Shown here one piece after another: positions 22,424 to 34,244 of a stretch of DNA of 34,244 nucleotides; the first letter of the stretch is position 1, and each line of letters starts with the position of its first letter. The DNA lies in the NCBI GenBank assembly GCA_009602735.1, contig WELA01001243.1:88351-122594 (forward strand), in the 5' to 3' direction. The notes under the pieces are model-generated. The model was not told the origin of the DNA and searched no databases. It saw only the letters and a list, made by a program, of their open reading frames with translations. The DNA comes from Mesotaenium endlicherianum. Lineage: Eukaryota. The position numbers and the translations under genes are program-made.

Positions 22424-24070
22424 TCACGAAATTATAGCGGCATTTATGTTTGCATGCCTCTTGTCCGCAGTCATGTCGTCTATGCAGATCACTATTGCCA
22501 CCATGAATGCCACATCCACGCCGGGTAAGATGTGTAGGATGTAGGAGTCTCGCTCGGTCACCAGGCTCCGGAGGGAGAAGGCGTCCCGGCTTGCCTCAGC
22601 CAAGAGCATAGTGCCAGCCATGATCTGGAAGGGATGCAGCCAAGCAGGGTAGACATTAGAAGGTAAGCATGAAGATCCGAGGAAATCCAAGGCCAAAATA
22701 AGATGGACTTGAGAAATTTGATGCATCCAAGGCTCGGGTAATATTTTGACACCAACCATAGCAGAAGACAGGCTGCCACGACAGTGCGCCGATTGATAGC
22801 TGGTGCAGCCAAAATGTTTAAGCTTCTCTGATATGCAACAGCACGCATACACTTGTCGTGAGCCTATTGAGAAGGCTTTTGTCACATTTGTTACCAGTTA
22901 CTGCAAGAGAGTCAGAATGTTCTTACTTTGAAGCTTCTCTCTGTGAAGCTGCCTTTAACTTCAACGTCGGGCTTGCCTGATGTATTGCCTTTCAGGAACA
23001 CCTGGAAAAGCCAAATGCTTTCATGAGAACAGTCCACATAACAAGCTGCAGGAACCAAGATGGCCCCACCCACTTTAGAGACACATAGAAGGGTGCCTTC
23101 AAGCATCAAGTCTGTAACTGTATTATACTGCTAAGGATCTGACACAATGTGACATTGCAAAAGATTGAGAGAAACCCATGTCATTTATATGTGAACAACA
23201 GGGATTCCTGCCCAGAATCACTAAAAGACTCCCTATCCACATCGCTAGAAGCGTCTTGGAAGGAAACGAGCTGATAGATAGACTAACTTGCATCCATGGT
23301 TACCATCTAGGGGAATACCTGTATTTGAGGTCTCAGGTGGAAGAGAGCTTTCTTCAGTTCTGCTACCGAATTATTCACGTTGGAGTCTCCCCCCGTGCAC
23401 ACATACATAGTGTGGTGCATGCTCATGACTTTCGTTGCAATGCTACATACAGGTTGGTTGGCGGGGTCATTTAGCACCTTCTTGTCGTGCATGCTCAGGA
23501 GTCTGCCCACAGATATGCGAGGCACGTCCCATTTCAACTTTCAGTCGACCAGGCGTTGGGGCATCTTAACAATCTAAGAAGGGCCCATATACTTAAGCAT
23601 CTTGATAAGCAAAACATTTCATAAAACAAGAGTGGCCTGAAACAGAATGTTTGGATAGAATTGAAGACCAGTGCGACCGCAATAATACAAGCTAGAGCAG
23701 TCCATTCTGGCAATTCAAATTGTTTGCTGCTTGCAACTGGTCAATTTACTGAGAGCTATTAATATGCCCTGGTCTTTGATCGAATGACTCATTTGGTGCC
23801 TTGAATCCTGTCAAAGTGATTGATTTTTGCTTTGAATGTGGGTAAGTTTAGGAGACAAGTTCAGCAGACGATTTAAAGTAGGGCAGCGAGCACAAGACAA
23901 GTAACTCACTTCGCCTTCAGCTTGAAATGAGTAAGGCCGGTATTGTCTGAAATTTCCATATTGTCACCAGTAACGCTCCAGCCCTCTTTCATGGACAACA
24001 TGATATCATAGGGAAGGCAGTACTGCGGGCCTAGAACCGTGAGCTGCTGTGGTGCTGGGGGTACAGCCAT
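22424..24070 (-). CDS. LURP-one-related (LOR; tubby C-terminal/scramblase-like) protein, paralog 1, 206 aa
   Basis: Exons 24070-23910, 23502-23319, 23001-22927 and 22624-22424 are GT-AG and phase-consistent. Motifs typical of plant LOR proteins: VLGPQYCLPY, HFKLK, LSMHDKKVLNDPANQPV, VFLKGN..KPDVEVKGSFTERSFKI, DSYILHILPGVDVAFMVAIVICIDD. Confidence 0.9.
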
Positions 24071-24944
24071 GGTCGTCAGTTTAGTATGTGACTGCTTGAA
24101 AGGGATTTTTTAAGTAGGGGAAGCCAGGTGCAGAGCACTGCTTTAAATAGGAAAAGAGGCTATATGGCAGCATGCTTACACATTGCACCAAGAAGTAGCG
24201 GCACCTTAACCTGGCCCAGCGTAATGAGGTTCGAAAGTCACATGCCCTTCCTTTGCAATGATTGTTTAGCAGTCCCTTGTTATGTGAGTGACCAAGGTGT
24301 CAGATCAGGCAGTCAGCGAATTTGAGCCAAACCAAGCCAAATTGATCAGCTCCTTGCAACTCGCTCAAACGGTGTCATTTGCTGCATTTGCTGTAATCTG
24401 GATTCGATGGTCCTTCCGAGCTGCAAACCAAGCAAGACTTGCTGATCTCGTATCCCTTGTCTCTGTCCTTCCGGGCCGCCGGTAACTTTTAGAGGTACTA
24501 CAAAATATCCCATGTAGGGGGGGCCAAGGGGGGCTGTAACCGTGTCACCGATCCTCAACCAGTGTGAGGCTTGAGCCCCACCCGTGACTCAATCCTGACT
24601 CTGATCCACTCTGATCCTAACCTTGCCCCCCCTGTAACGCCTCTCGTACAGCTATGTGATTATGGCCAGGTTTGGCAATTTCCTCCAGCAGCCAGCTTAT
24701 ATTTATATCGCTTTCGTCCGTTTCCTAAATTCTCCTTGAATCAGCCAGTTGTTTTCTCGATATGCACTTGCAATCCAAGACTGTATAAGATTCCATCAGT
24801 TTGCACCAGTTCGCACGACCTGGAGGCTGGAGGCTGGAGAGGAGGGCTAGAGCCTAGCACCCTGAGCCTGGAGGCTGGCATCCTGGCACGCCCAGCTCTA
24901 CCTACAGGCACCTACAGGACGCGCTCTGATATGGGGCTTCGGTG

Positions 24945-25306
24945 TCCCGACTCCCGAGTCCCGACTCCCGACTCCCGGGTCCTCCCGACTCCCGACCAGG
25001 CCCCAGGATTCGCATAAAATTCGATGTTATTTGCCTTTTTGGATGTTTAAAAATACAAAACACTCGTAAATTATGTCAAAAGAAATCCTTGTCTTTGGGA
25101 GCGGATGTTGCGTAAAATCCTAAAATTTCCGATTTCCCTTTACAAATTGTCGTGGGATATTATTACACCATCAAAAATCCTACAAATTTGTCAGATTTTC
25201 TTGAAACCCTGACCGTCGCCCAGAGCAGGCCAGAGGATGTTTTTGAAATTTTCAGAAATCCGCGACTTCTGTCGAATCCTGGGGCCTGCTCCCGACTCCC
25301 GACTCC
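24945..25306. repeat. 7-bp minisatellite (CTCCCGA)n interrupted by the MITE
   Basis: tcccgactcccgagtcccgactcccgactcccgggtcctcccgactcccgac lies left of the MITE and ctcccgactcccgactcc lies right of it. Confidence 0.85.
24997..25288. mobile_element. Non-autonomous DNA transposon (MITE), hAT-like, 292 bp
   Basis: Perfect 16-bp terminal inverted repeats: CAGGCCCCAGGATTCG (24997-25012) and CGAATCCTGGGGCCTG (25273-25288). Flanked by an 8-bp direct repeat CTCCCGAC (24989-24996 and 25289-25296). The interior is AT-rich, non-coding, and repeats AAAATCCT..AAATTT motifs. CAGG ends and an 8-bp TSD fit the hAT superfamily. Confidence 0.85.
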
Positions 25307-26320
25307 TTACCACTCCTGAGTCCTGACGCCACCCCATCCATGCTCCAGCCTGCTCCTTTCGTGACGTGTGTTGAAAATGGTTGAAGTGGGTTGAAATTGG
25401 TTGAAATAAAACAAATGAGCGAGAATTCTCCCAGTGGCTGGTCTAAGTGTCACGACTGGCAGGTTCAAGGCTTCCACCCGCGTGCGGGTCATCACACGTG
25501 CGATTACGGATCTCCTGAGCGACTGAATTCCAACAATTGCAGGTCATTTAAGGCTACGCCTGAGTTCACAGTGATTGTTAGAATGTGCAAGAAGTTGTTG
25601 GAAGACATGGACCGCTCTTGTGGGACAGCGCGTTCATCTTTTTCAACGTCGACTGCCTGTAGCCATGGAGAACCTTGGAGAACCTTGGCATCGCTCAACA
25701 GCACGACACCCTCAAATATGCTAAGACTTGTGGGGTGCTATCAACCGCGCATGCTGTAGTTTGCTAAAGACGACTTTGTCCTCTACACCGCTAGAGAAGG
25801 AACACGTTGGACATCAGCAGCTTGCCTATCACCTTGCAAGTCATGCGGGTTCTTGTGTCTGGAGTGCTAGAGCTGGAAAGCTCAAACAAACATTTTCACA
25901 AGCACCACAGAAGGAACTGTGGCCCCCTGTCATCTGCCCAATTTTGACCAGCAGATGCGTCCTCACGACGCTCGATCGCCCAAGTGCTAACCCTGCTAGA
26001 TCTGCTACAGCCCAGGACGCGCAGCAAAGGTGCTGCTCTGTGACACTTGCAACCTCGGCTTCCACAGCGATTGTCTTGATCCGCTACGGACGCAGGTGCC
26101 AATTAGCAACTGCTTCTGCGACGATTGCACAGCACTCGCACGGGGCGAAAACAACAGCTCTCTAGCGCGTGATTGAGAGATGGGGGGAGAATAAGAGTGT
26201 TGCAACTTTTGCTTCTTTTTTTTGTCATTGTGTGTGTTTTTAATACATTTCGGTATCTGAAAGCATAGTACAACAAAGATTGCTATAAGACTAGTATTAT
26301 ATTTTGTGTCTTTATGTTTC

Positions 26321-27634
26321 AGGCACGCACGACCTCTTTATGCACGACACTAGGATTAACTCGATTTTTTTAAGTCCGGCTTTTTGCCACACGACCACTT
26401 CATGCACAGAAATTGTCATGATTTATCAGCTCGTAGGCGCGACAACTTAAGTCGAACTTTAAATGTGTGAAGTCAATATGTAAGTGTGAAATACCATGGA
26501 TTGACCCAAAACTGCCACATTGCACTATGATTGCATGTATTTTATTTATCCTTTTGCAAACTTGCAAGTCACAAAATTCTAGTCGAGTACAATTTCCAAT
26601 GCAACCAACGCGTCATTTGGTTGGTTACTTTGTGAGGTATTTGCATTTGGAAGGAACCTTTTGGCTCTTGGCACGACCACTCACGGCCACTCACAAGGCA
26701 ACACGGCCCTCCCAAAGGTTCCACCCTGGTTCTTCGTCATGCCTTGGAATTTGTATCTCTGTATGCATTAGATCTACCAACCTGAGACCTTTAAGAGCAT
26801 TCAAACTGTAATTTACCATAGTAAAGCTGCTCAAACTTCATGAGTGTGTCATCCATAGTTGTGGGAAGCTTCCTACCTTTACACATTTTCATTAAAACTA
26901 TTCCGAGCAAGCTTTGGTCAAGCTGAGAGACGGCCAGCCATAGCATTTAGCTTTATCTTCCATCTAACTTGTGATTGGCTTGAGAATTTGCTAGCCTATT
27001 AGGACGCTTGCACCTATGACTCACTTTTCTGTATGTGAGTCACGAGTGTACTTTAGAATGTGGCTATTGCAATGCACCTATGCATAATTTGTGGGCATAG
27101 CTTAAAATGAAAGCTCCCAAGCAAATCTTTAGCATCATCTTTTGGAAGTTCTTAGAGGCAACTTGTAAGTCACGGAGTTATAAATATGGTCACACTTTCA
27201 TCTCTCTTGTGTTTTCAGGATCACTTGGTAGCCTTGCGAAGAGCAATCTGCCCTCTCTTAGGCCAATACCCAATCAATGGAAATTTGTCTTATGGTGAGC
27301 CAAGTTTTAAGCTCACTATCCTTGTAAGGACTACTCTAAGAAGATCATACGTTGTGCTATTAGTGATCTTTTGGCTGGATTCATTAGTTGTCTTCCTTCC
27401 AATTTTCTGTCTTGAAGTGCCCACTTTACTAAGCACACACTCACTAAAGCTTTTGCTCCTTTTTCATGTCAATGTATGTATATCAAAACCTTTGGGCATG
27501 TCTAAGACATTGCTTTCATCATTGCAGCAAAGACTGCTAAAAGACTCCTACTATTTCGTGTATATTTTAGGTTAGGCACATACGACCACTTTATGCCACC
27601 ACTACGTTTAACCCGATTTACTTAAGTCCGGCTT
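26321..27634 (+). repeat. Pair of diverged ~62-bp direct repeats (26321-26382 and 27574-27634) with a third partial copy (26388-26407)
   Basis: aggcacgcacgacctctttatgcacgacactaggattaactcgatttttttaagtccggctt versus aggcacatacgaccactttatgccaccactacgtttaacccgatttacttaagtccggctt. Confidence 0.7.
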
Positions 27635-28201
27635 CTACCTTCAATATTACCAATTGCATCCTATGCTTGTTAGCACCTTAATGATGGCTCGAGTCCGTTG
27701 CTTACTTTTATCCATTGGTGGCCCTGCATTAGCCCTCGACTCTTGCTTTGTGAGCAAGGTAGGCTACATTGAGTAACGTAGTTCTTTCTTTATGTCTCCA
27801 AATTCTTACAACTTAGGGTACATCCATACGTGCTCGTTGCATTGCCTCAACCATAAGTTGCATTCGAACTTGTAGTATCTCAAAGCTTGTTATGACATTC
27901 TCCCCACTCCCTTAATAAGTGTAAGGAGTATAAGCAGGTCTTCAAAGTCGGTCTTCAAAGTCGTACCAGCATGTGCATGTTAAATACTCTTATTATCATG
28001 TGACAACAATAAGACATGTTAAAGATTCATATTTGACCTATAAAATAAGCTTAAGTATAATAATAATGAATTTTAATACCACCCTAAAGATGTCTTTATA
28101 TCACAAGTAATGTACATAGCTTTTGGAATCGCGGCACACTATTGTACACAAAATTCTCTAATCTCTCCAAAAATGTTGTATTTTGTAGTAGATATGAATT
28201 C

Positions 28202-29852
28202 TCAATGCTTTTCTTTTTTCTCATCCACAGAAATATCATCAACACAGGCCACTAAGGCCACCATGAGGGCTACATCTACACCAGGCATCACTCGCAAGAG
28301 ATAGGTGTCTTTGTTGGTAAGGTTGCTGCGAAGAGATAGCATATCACGAGTTGCTTGAGCCAAGACCATGGCGCCGGCAGCAATCTACATTAGCAACACA
28401 GCAAGTGTCATCATCAGTACAGCGCTGTATAATTGCCCAAACACCAGAAATACTACCCCCTCTAGCGGATGGGACTACACGTTAGTAGTAACGCATCTCT
28501 GGTCTGTTTGCTGGAATTAAAAAGGATGTGACTGCTGGCTGACGATAATGCAGACGATGAAGAAGGTGGTCAGCAAAAAGACGCTAAGGAAAACCGAAAC
28601 AGTTCCTGTATTATGAAGGCAATGAGCAGCTTACAGTGTAACTCCTGTCGAAGAAGCTCCCAGATATATCGAGGTCTGGCACACCTGTCGTATTCCCTTT
28701 TAGGAACACCTGGCAGAGAACGTTTATAATGTCAGACATCCGGCATCACCATACAGCAGGATTGCTGCTCTAATTTGGATTGAAAAAAAGCGCCAACCTG
28801 CTGCAGAGGACTGGTCTTGTTGCATTGCAATCTACGTCTATGGTAGTTCAGCAGTCAAAAAAGCCACGTATGTGCCCTCTTTGAATAAAAACACAGCTTT
28901 CTCCCGGAGCTTAGAGACAAGAATGCTGTCCAAAAGCCCATGCATGCGACTATATAATGACGTCCTGAAGAAAAGCAGTGTGGCAATCTCATATTATGGA
29001 ACACTATACGTCACAAGCTTTATCATAATATTTTTTTCTTCATAAGAAGCCCACAAGGAAGCATCCAATAAATCTGGACCACCCCAGCATTAGCCCCTCC
29101 CCTTGAGAACCTAGGAGTCATCTCTTTGTTGGAGCAGTACCCTTACCTGCAAGTGAGGCTTAAGGTGCAATATAGCCTTTCTCACTTCAGCAACGTAGCT
29201 GACATCACTGGCTTCCGCTCCGGCGCTCACATACATTGTGTGTCTCAGGCTAGCCAACTTCTTGACAGTACTGCATACAGGTATGCCGGAGGCATCATAG
29301 AGCACCCTCTTCTTGTGCAAGCTGACCAACCTGCACATAGTCACATGCAAATGATGCTCAGGTCTTAGTCCAATAAAAGAAAAAAAACCAACAAGCATAT
29401 CACAGCGGATATACTCGTAGTCACGGAGGATAACCAGGTGTAGGAGATAATTAACCTGCACTACTACACGACCCTGTGTAAAGGTGTCATGCAATTGCAT
29501 CAAACTGCAATCATGAAGCTAAAAGTATGCAGAATAAAAATAAGTTGCACAACTATAGAGTGTTTATTACCCCTCAGCAACTATGTAGTAGCATAAGCAA
29601 TGAAGCTGTTCTACACTCAAACCACTTTATGTTGAGGCAAATCCCTCTTCAGTACAAGCGTTCACTTCGGCAATCTAAGTGCGGCACATACTTGGATCTC
29701 AGCTTGAAATGCCTAACGCCGGCACTATCAAGAATGTCCATGTCTTCCCCCGAGATGCTCCAGCCTTCTCTCATGACCAACTGAACTTCGTAAGGAAGGC
29801 AATATTGCGAGCCAAACACCATCAACTGCTGAGGCGCTTGCGCGAAAGCCAT
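28202..29852 (-). CDS. LURP-one-related (LOR) protein, paralog 2, 200 aa
   Basis: Exons 29852-29692, 29330-29147, 28709-28635 and 28384-28202. The first three exon lengths (161/184/75 nt) equal those of paralog 1. Motifs: VFGSQYCLPY, SLHKKRVLYDASGIPV, VFLKGNTTGVPDLDISGSFFDRSY, DTYLLRVMPGVDVALMVALVACVDD. Confidence 0.9.
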
Positions 29853-29985
29853 AATATCTCCAGCTGAACTTTTAAGTTAGCAACTTCTTCAAATTTCTGC
29901 TGTAGAAGTGTGTCGCTAGGGAACTAACTAGGAAAGGTGCGATAACGCCACAGATGAGACGCCGGCACTAGCTCAGCGATATGTC

Positions 29986-29992
29986 TTTTATA
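29986..29992 (-). promoter_or_regulatory. Putative TATA box of LOR paralog 2
   Basis: TATAAAA on the - strand about 135 nt upstream of the ATG at 29852. Paralog 1 has TATTTAAA at 24149-24142. Confidence 0.45.
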
Positions 29993-31662
29993 ATAAGAAA
30001 TGACGCTTAGTATTTCAAGGTGGTGCATGTCACTTTGCTCGCTGTAAAGAATGCCTGAAGGAAACTTCCGCCTGAAGACGCAGGGATGCACGACTTTTTC
30101 AATGTGAATACTGCTTCTACGGACCGGTGAGGCGGGACTTCGTCTGCATCACTCTGCATAGTCGAAGCAATGTCAAATTGTTGTCGAGCATCTTTTTCCG
30201 GTGACGGGGGTTCTACTTCGCACGGATTATGAGGTGCCACGCAAGGACCTGGCCTCCTCACATGCGTCTTCCTTCCAGCTGCGGGTGAGACACGTGTTAA
30301 TCTGCCTTGTGATGAAATGGCGCACCGGATGCACACTTTTGCCTTGTCTTGTTTTAATGACACCTTCAAGAAATGTTATTACTCATCTTGAAGTTACCTA
30401 ATATTCTTCCACATATTGAAAAGACATACATCCTTGCGTACAATCATGAAATCAGATAACATGTAGCGCAGTACGTACTTCATGAAGATAACACTAACAC
30501 CTAGATGTGAAGTGTAAGAAGTAAAATCTGTGTTGTTTCTCTTAAATTTTAGGCCGCTAAGTCAACTTCCTCCTACTACAAAGAAGAAAACTTGCAACTT
30601 ATACGGTTATTGTTGTTGAATACTACCCCTATAGGAAAGGATGGTAACGTGCAAATTGAATAAATTTCTGCCCTGAATTTTGTTATATATTTGCATAAAT
30701 TTACAGCCTAATGATGCATTTAATGCACTAGGATTGTCTGTTCCCTTAATGGCTTCTCAATAAATTTAGACATTTCCCTCTTGTACTTGACCTTATGAGC
30801 ATCCTAGTTGCCAAATTTCTAAAATTCATAGAAGTTGGCACTTTGCTATCGAAGAAAGTTCTCTTTGAGGTATAAGCATAATCAATATAATGTCACGGTC
30901 ATTTAGGACTTCAAGATATAAGATAGAGCTCAAGTCTATCTATTCATAAGCCCATCAATGATTTCTTCCATAAAATTCACAACCTACAATATAGTCACAA
31001 TCGTGATCTGATGTACTTGGAAATACGACATACAACTTTCTTAAATTCTAAATTGTGAGACTCAGCATATTGATGATCCTTTGGGGTTACAATGTGTATT
31101 TGGGATATGCACGGAGCATAAAGGTTTACGGAAAGGACGTACACCAACTCAATGCCTGAATTTAAGATCTCAAGCTTTATGTGAATTGCTAGATTGTGAA
31201 TTATGCATGAATGCAATGAGCATGAAAGAGTCAATTTGAAGAGCGCTTGTAACAACTGCAATTCATTCGAAACCTAGATGTGCAAACTGCAGGTACTCCT
31301 TATTCTGCGCGTGAAGCTTCTTCATTGCCAACGCTGACTATGAGTTGCAGAAAATCCTCAACCCTGCACAAGATTATGACCATGTTATTGACCTTAAATT
31401 ACCCAGAGGATGGCATTGGCCAATGTTCATACGAGAAATGGTAAGGTTTTAAGGAGGCAGCGTCCATAGATTTGCTTTTGTTGATATGTCACATGCTCAC
31501 TCGGTTCAGTGCTTCCTGTATGAGGGTAGGGACAGAATACAGTGCCAGGCATTGGCTTATGGTACTAACGGGTCTAGACAATTATTGGGCTGTCCAAGTC
31601 ATTCGCACTGAATTGAAGAAGCTGAAGGTGCACCTTTTGAATGGAGTGACTCAAACAGCCAG

Positions 31663-33940
31663 CTAAATATCTGGTGCTTGCAAAGTTGAAGTCATGGAAA
31701 CGACAGCGCTGGGCTTCTCTACAGCAGGACCCTGCACGCTTTCTACAGTATTCCCACTCTTGTCTAACAGCTCTTGCCCCTGTAAAGGCTCGTAGTGAGC
31801 TACTTTTTGTCCCTCAGCATAGAAATTTGAAGCCGCAAAGAGGAGGAGGCCAGCGAACGCGATGCACGCACTGCTCCAAAATAGAGCCCCTGCCCAAGGA
31901 GGAGTCAAGTAGAAGAAACAACACGAGGAGTCGAGTAGAAGAAACAACCGATCAGATGTAGCGCCAAAGCGAGCAAAGCACCATCACGCCACAATTCTCA
32001 CGGCGACCTTCCAACCCCCCTCAGTACACAACACGCGTGATTTAATCGAAGAGCACTTCCAGTCAAGCTAGGCGTTGTGCGTTTGATGCACGCACACCTT
32101 CACACCATCAATCATCTGCAAAGTCTGCGCACTTGCTATGATCCTATAAGCAGCCCAGAAGTCACAGCAAGTGGTCTGAAGTGACGGAGTGAGAGAAGGT
32201 GATGCGTACTTGCTCCAAATACGCCGTAAATCACGCCTCCGCAAAGTTTCGCCAGGCTCCCGCCTACACCCATCATGCACGCGTTGAATACTCCCTGCGC
32301 AAGCCAACCCGCACTCACAAGCCATTCCAGGCCCCATCAGAGCCTGCCTGCGGGCCTTAGCCCGAGTCCTGGCCCCACCAAGACTGCTGCAGCTAGCTGC
32401 TATATGTTAACCATAAGGAAACAGTCCTGCATGGGCACATCGCTGAACACGAGGGAGGCAGCGGGTGTGGCAGGGGGTGAGGAGCGCTCACCTGGATGGT
32501 GGCCTCTAAGCCCGCGGGAGCCAGGCTGCCCGCGTGCGTTGTGCCTGCACACCCGCCAGCAGCCAGCCCGCAGCGCCCCAAGATGGATGATGTAGGTGGC
32601 TTGGGCTGAGTTCGAGGATGAGGACGAGGACAAGGAGAAGGACGGCGATGCCGATTGCAGCAGGCAGAGACCGCCATGGCTCGGCTCGGCTCGGCGGAAA
32701 CACAACTAGCGGGCCAGGCCTCCCTTGCTGGCGGCCGCAAGGCACTCGTCGCAGGCTTCCGACGTACACGGTGTACCGAAAAGGATCATTCAACACAACA
32801 CACCGCATCCCAAGTACACCACGCTGCTGCCGAGAGCCACTCGTTTCGCTCGGTGGACAGCAAGTCACACCAGGAAACACGCACGGCAACCTAGGGGAGG
32901 CGGCGGGGGAGGGCAGAGGAGGGGAGGGGGGTGGCGAGAGGAGGTTCTCAAGGCAGGTAGAAGCCGGTCAGAGAGAGGGACCAGGGTGGCCGCCCAATCA
33001 TTTGACCCACCAGCAGTGAAGGCCCAGCCGAACGTGATCCCATGCAGAAGCTCAACGGGCAGCACCCACCAGGGGCTCCACATCAGCGCATAGTACGCCA
33101 GCCTGCCGCCCCCCCTCTCAGGCCCCAGCAGCCACGTCAGCACTGCTCGCTCTTCCACCCCCCTAGCCCGAAGGTGCGGGAGTGTCCTCCCCATGGCACC
33201 CAGCTTAAGGCCCCCAGGCCCTGCTACCCTGCCCGTCTGATCCTACTCGAGCCCTCCTGAAGACGGCCACCCCGGATGGCAAGGTCAGTACGGAATGCAA
33301 TAGCCGACAACCTCCCTCCCCCCCCCNNNNNNNNNNNNNNNNNNNNNNNNNNNNNNNNNNNNNNNNNNNNNNNNNNNNNNNNNNNNNNNNNNNNNNNNNN
33401 NNNNNNNNNNNNNNNNNNNNNNNNNCCCCCCCGCCCCCTCCCCAAAACAGGCAGACGCGCACGCGACACATGATTGATGTCAAATGCATCGTCACGCAGG
33501 GGAGGAACAAGACTTGAGCCCCATCCGGCTCTTCCTCATCCTGTGCCTTTTGTACAAAAGCCGCTTGCCAGCACGCGCTGAGCGAGAGCAAGCAAGCGGG
33601 CAAGCAGTTCCTGAAGCCCTCCCCCTCATCCATCACCTGCGGAGTGAGGGGGAAGGGGGAGTCACTGCACCGGCAGTGACGAGGTACCCAAGCTCCCAGC
33701 AACCCAGCAATGCAGCATGAGGAAAAAGCACCAGGCCAGTACCAATTTTTATCCGACAGGCGGGAAGCATCAGGGTTGGCGAGCAGGCGGGCGGGCAGGC
33801 TGGCGGGCAGGCAGGGGGGGCAGGCGCGCAGGTCTTGCCTGATGATGTAGCAGAGGAGCGTGAGGTAGATGACGCCCACCACCCCAAAGGCGCGGATGGC
33901 CAGGCCGGAGTAGTACATGGCCGGCACCTCCGCCACGCAC
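31663..33940 (-). CDS. Major facilitator superfamily transporter, MFSD6/MFS_1_like type (C-terminal exons only; 5' part lies beyond the window end)
   Basis: Exons 33940-33839 (CVAEVPAMYYSGLAIRAFGVVGVIYLTLLCYIIR, GC donor), 33102-33011 (LAYYALMWSPWWVLPVELLHGITFGWAFTA), 32544-32492 (GTTHAGSLAPAGLEATIQ), 32294-32210 (GVFNACMMGVGGSLAKLCGGVIYGVFGA) and 31889-31663 (RALFWSSACIAFAGLLLF..stop). The AEVP, PWWVLPVELLHG and AP.GL.AT.QG motifs are typical of MFSD6-like proteins. Confidence 0.88.
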
Positions 33941-34244
33941 CTGCTCCCTCACTCGCACCCCTGCCTGAGTCGCACGAGCAAGAGAGCGGGGTTCCATGCA
34001 CGCGCCTCACTGGCACTTCCCCCGCCGCAGGTCTAGGTGAAGACGCACGGCAAGCCAGCACCTAACGGCCATTCGAGATGCCCGCCCTCTCTGTCCTCAC
34101 CTCTCCCCGGCGATGGCACAAGGCACTTCGAAACAGCACTGGGAGATTCTCTGGTGATAACAGAGGGGGACAGGGGAAGGAGATGGGGAAGGCAAGAGGC
34201 TGAGAGAGTTCAAGGAAGGGGGAGAGGCGGGGGAGGAGGGGGGG

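Noticed and set aside
24945..25306. CRISPR-like reading of the CTCCCGA repeats or the 26321/27574 repeats
   Set aside because: Eukaryotic context, no regular repeat-spacer period, and no cas genes.
30007..31660. Short ORFs in the AT-rich spacer between LOR2 and the MFS gene
   Set aside because: No motifs, no consistent splice structure and no terminal repeats found. Treated as intergenic or UTR sequence.

Overview
Eukaryotic, intron-rich genomic DNA with five N-gaps. The gene set is land-plant-like (MED32, LURP-one-related, plant-type HDH and MRS2), and the GC-rich, microsatellite-laden introns suggest a streptophyte green alga or early-diverging streptophyte (inference). I reconstructed seven spliced genes by hand from splice sites and reading-frame phase: a 3'-truncated MRS2/CorA Mg2+ transporter (-), Mediator subunit MED32 (+), a His-rich NiCoT/RcnA-like membrane protein (-), histidinol dehydrogenase (+, one exon probably lost in a gap), two tandem LURP-one-related paralogs (-), and the 3' part of an MFS transporter (-). 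The spacer between the LOR paralogs holds a 292-bp hAT-like MITE inserted into a 7-bp minisatellite, plus other repeat debris. The most unusual signal is a class of introns in the GC-rich gene bodies that start with C-rich tracts and end with G-rich tracts in place of a polypyrimidine tract, next to conventional introns elsewhere. Also notable are degenerate copies of exon ends and splice regions inside adjacent introns, and a head-to-head pairing of histidine biosynthesis with a His-rich putative metal transporter. Family assignments come from recognised motifs, not database searches.
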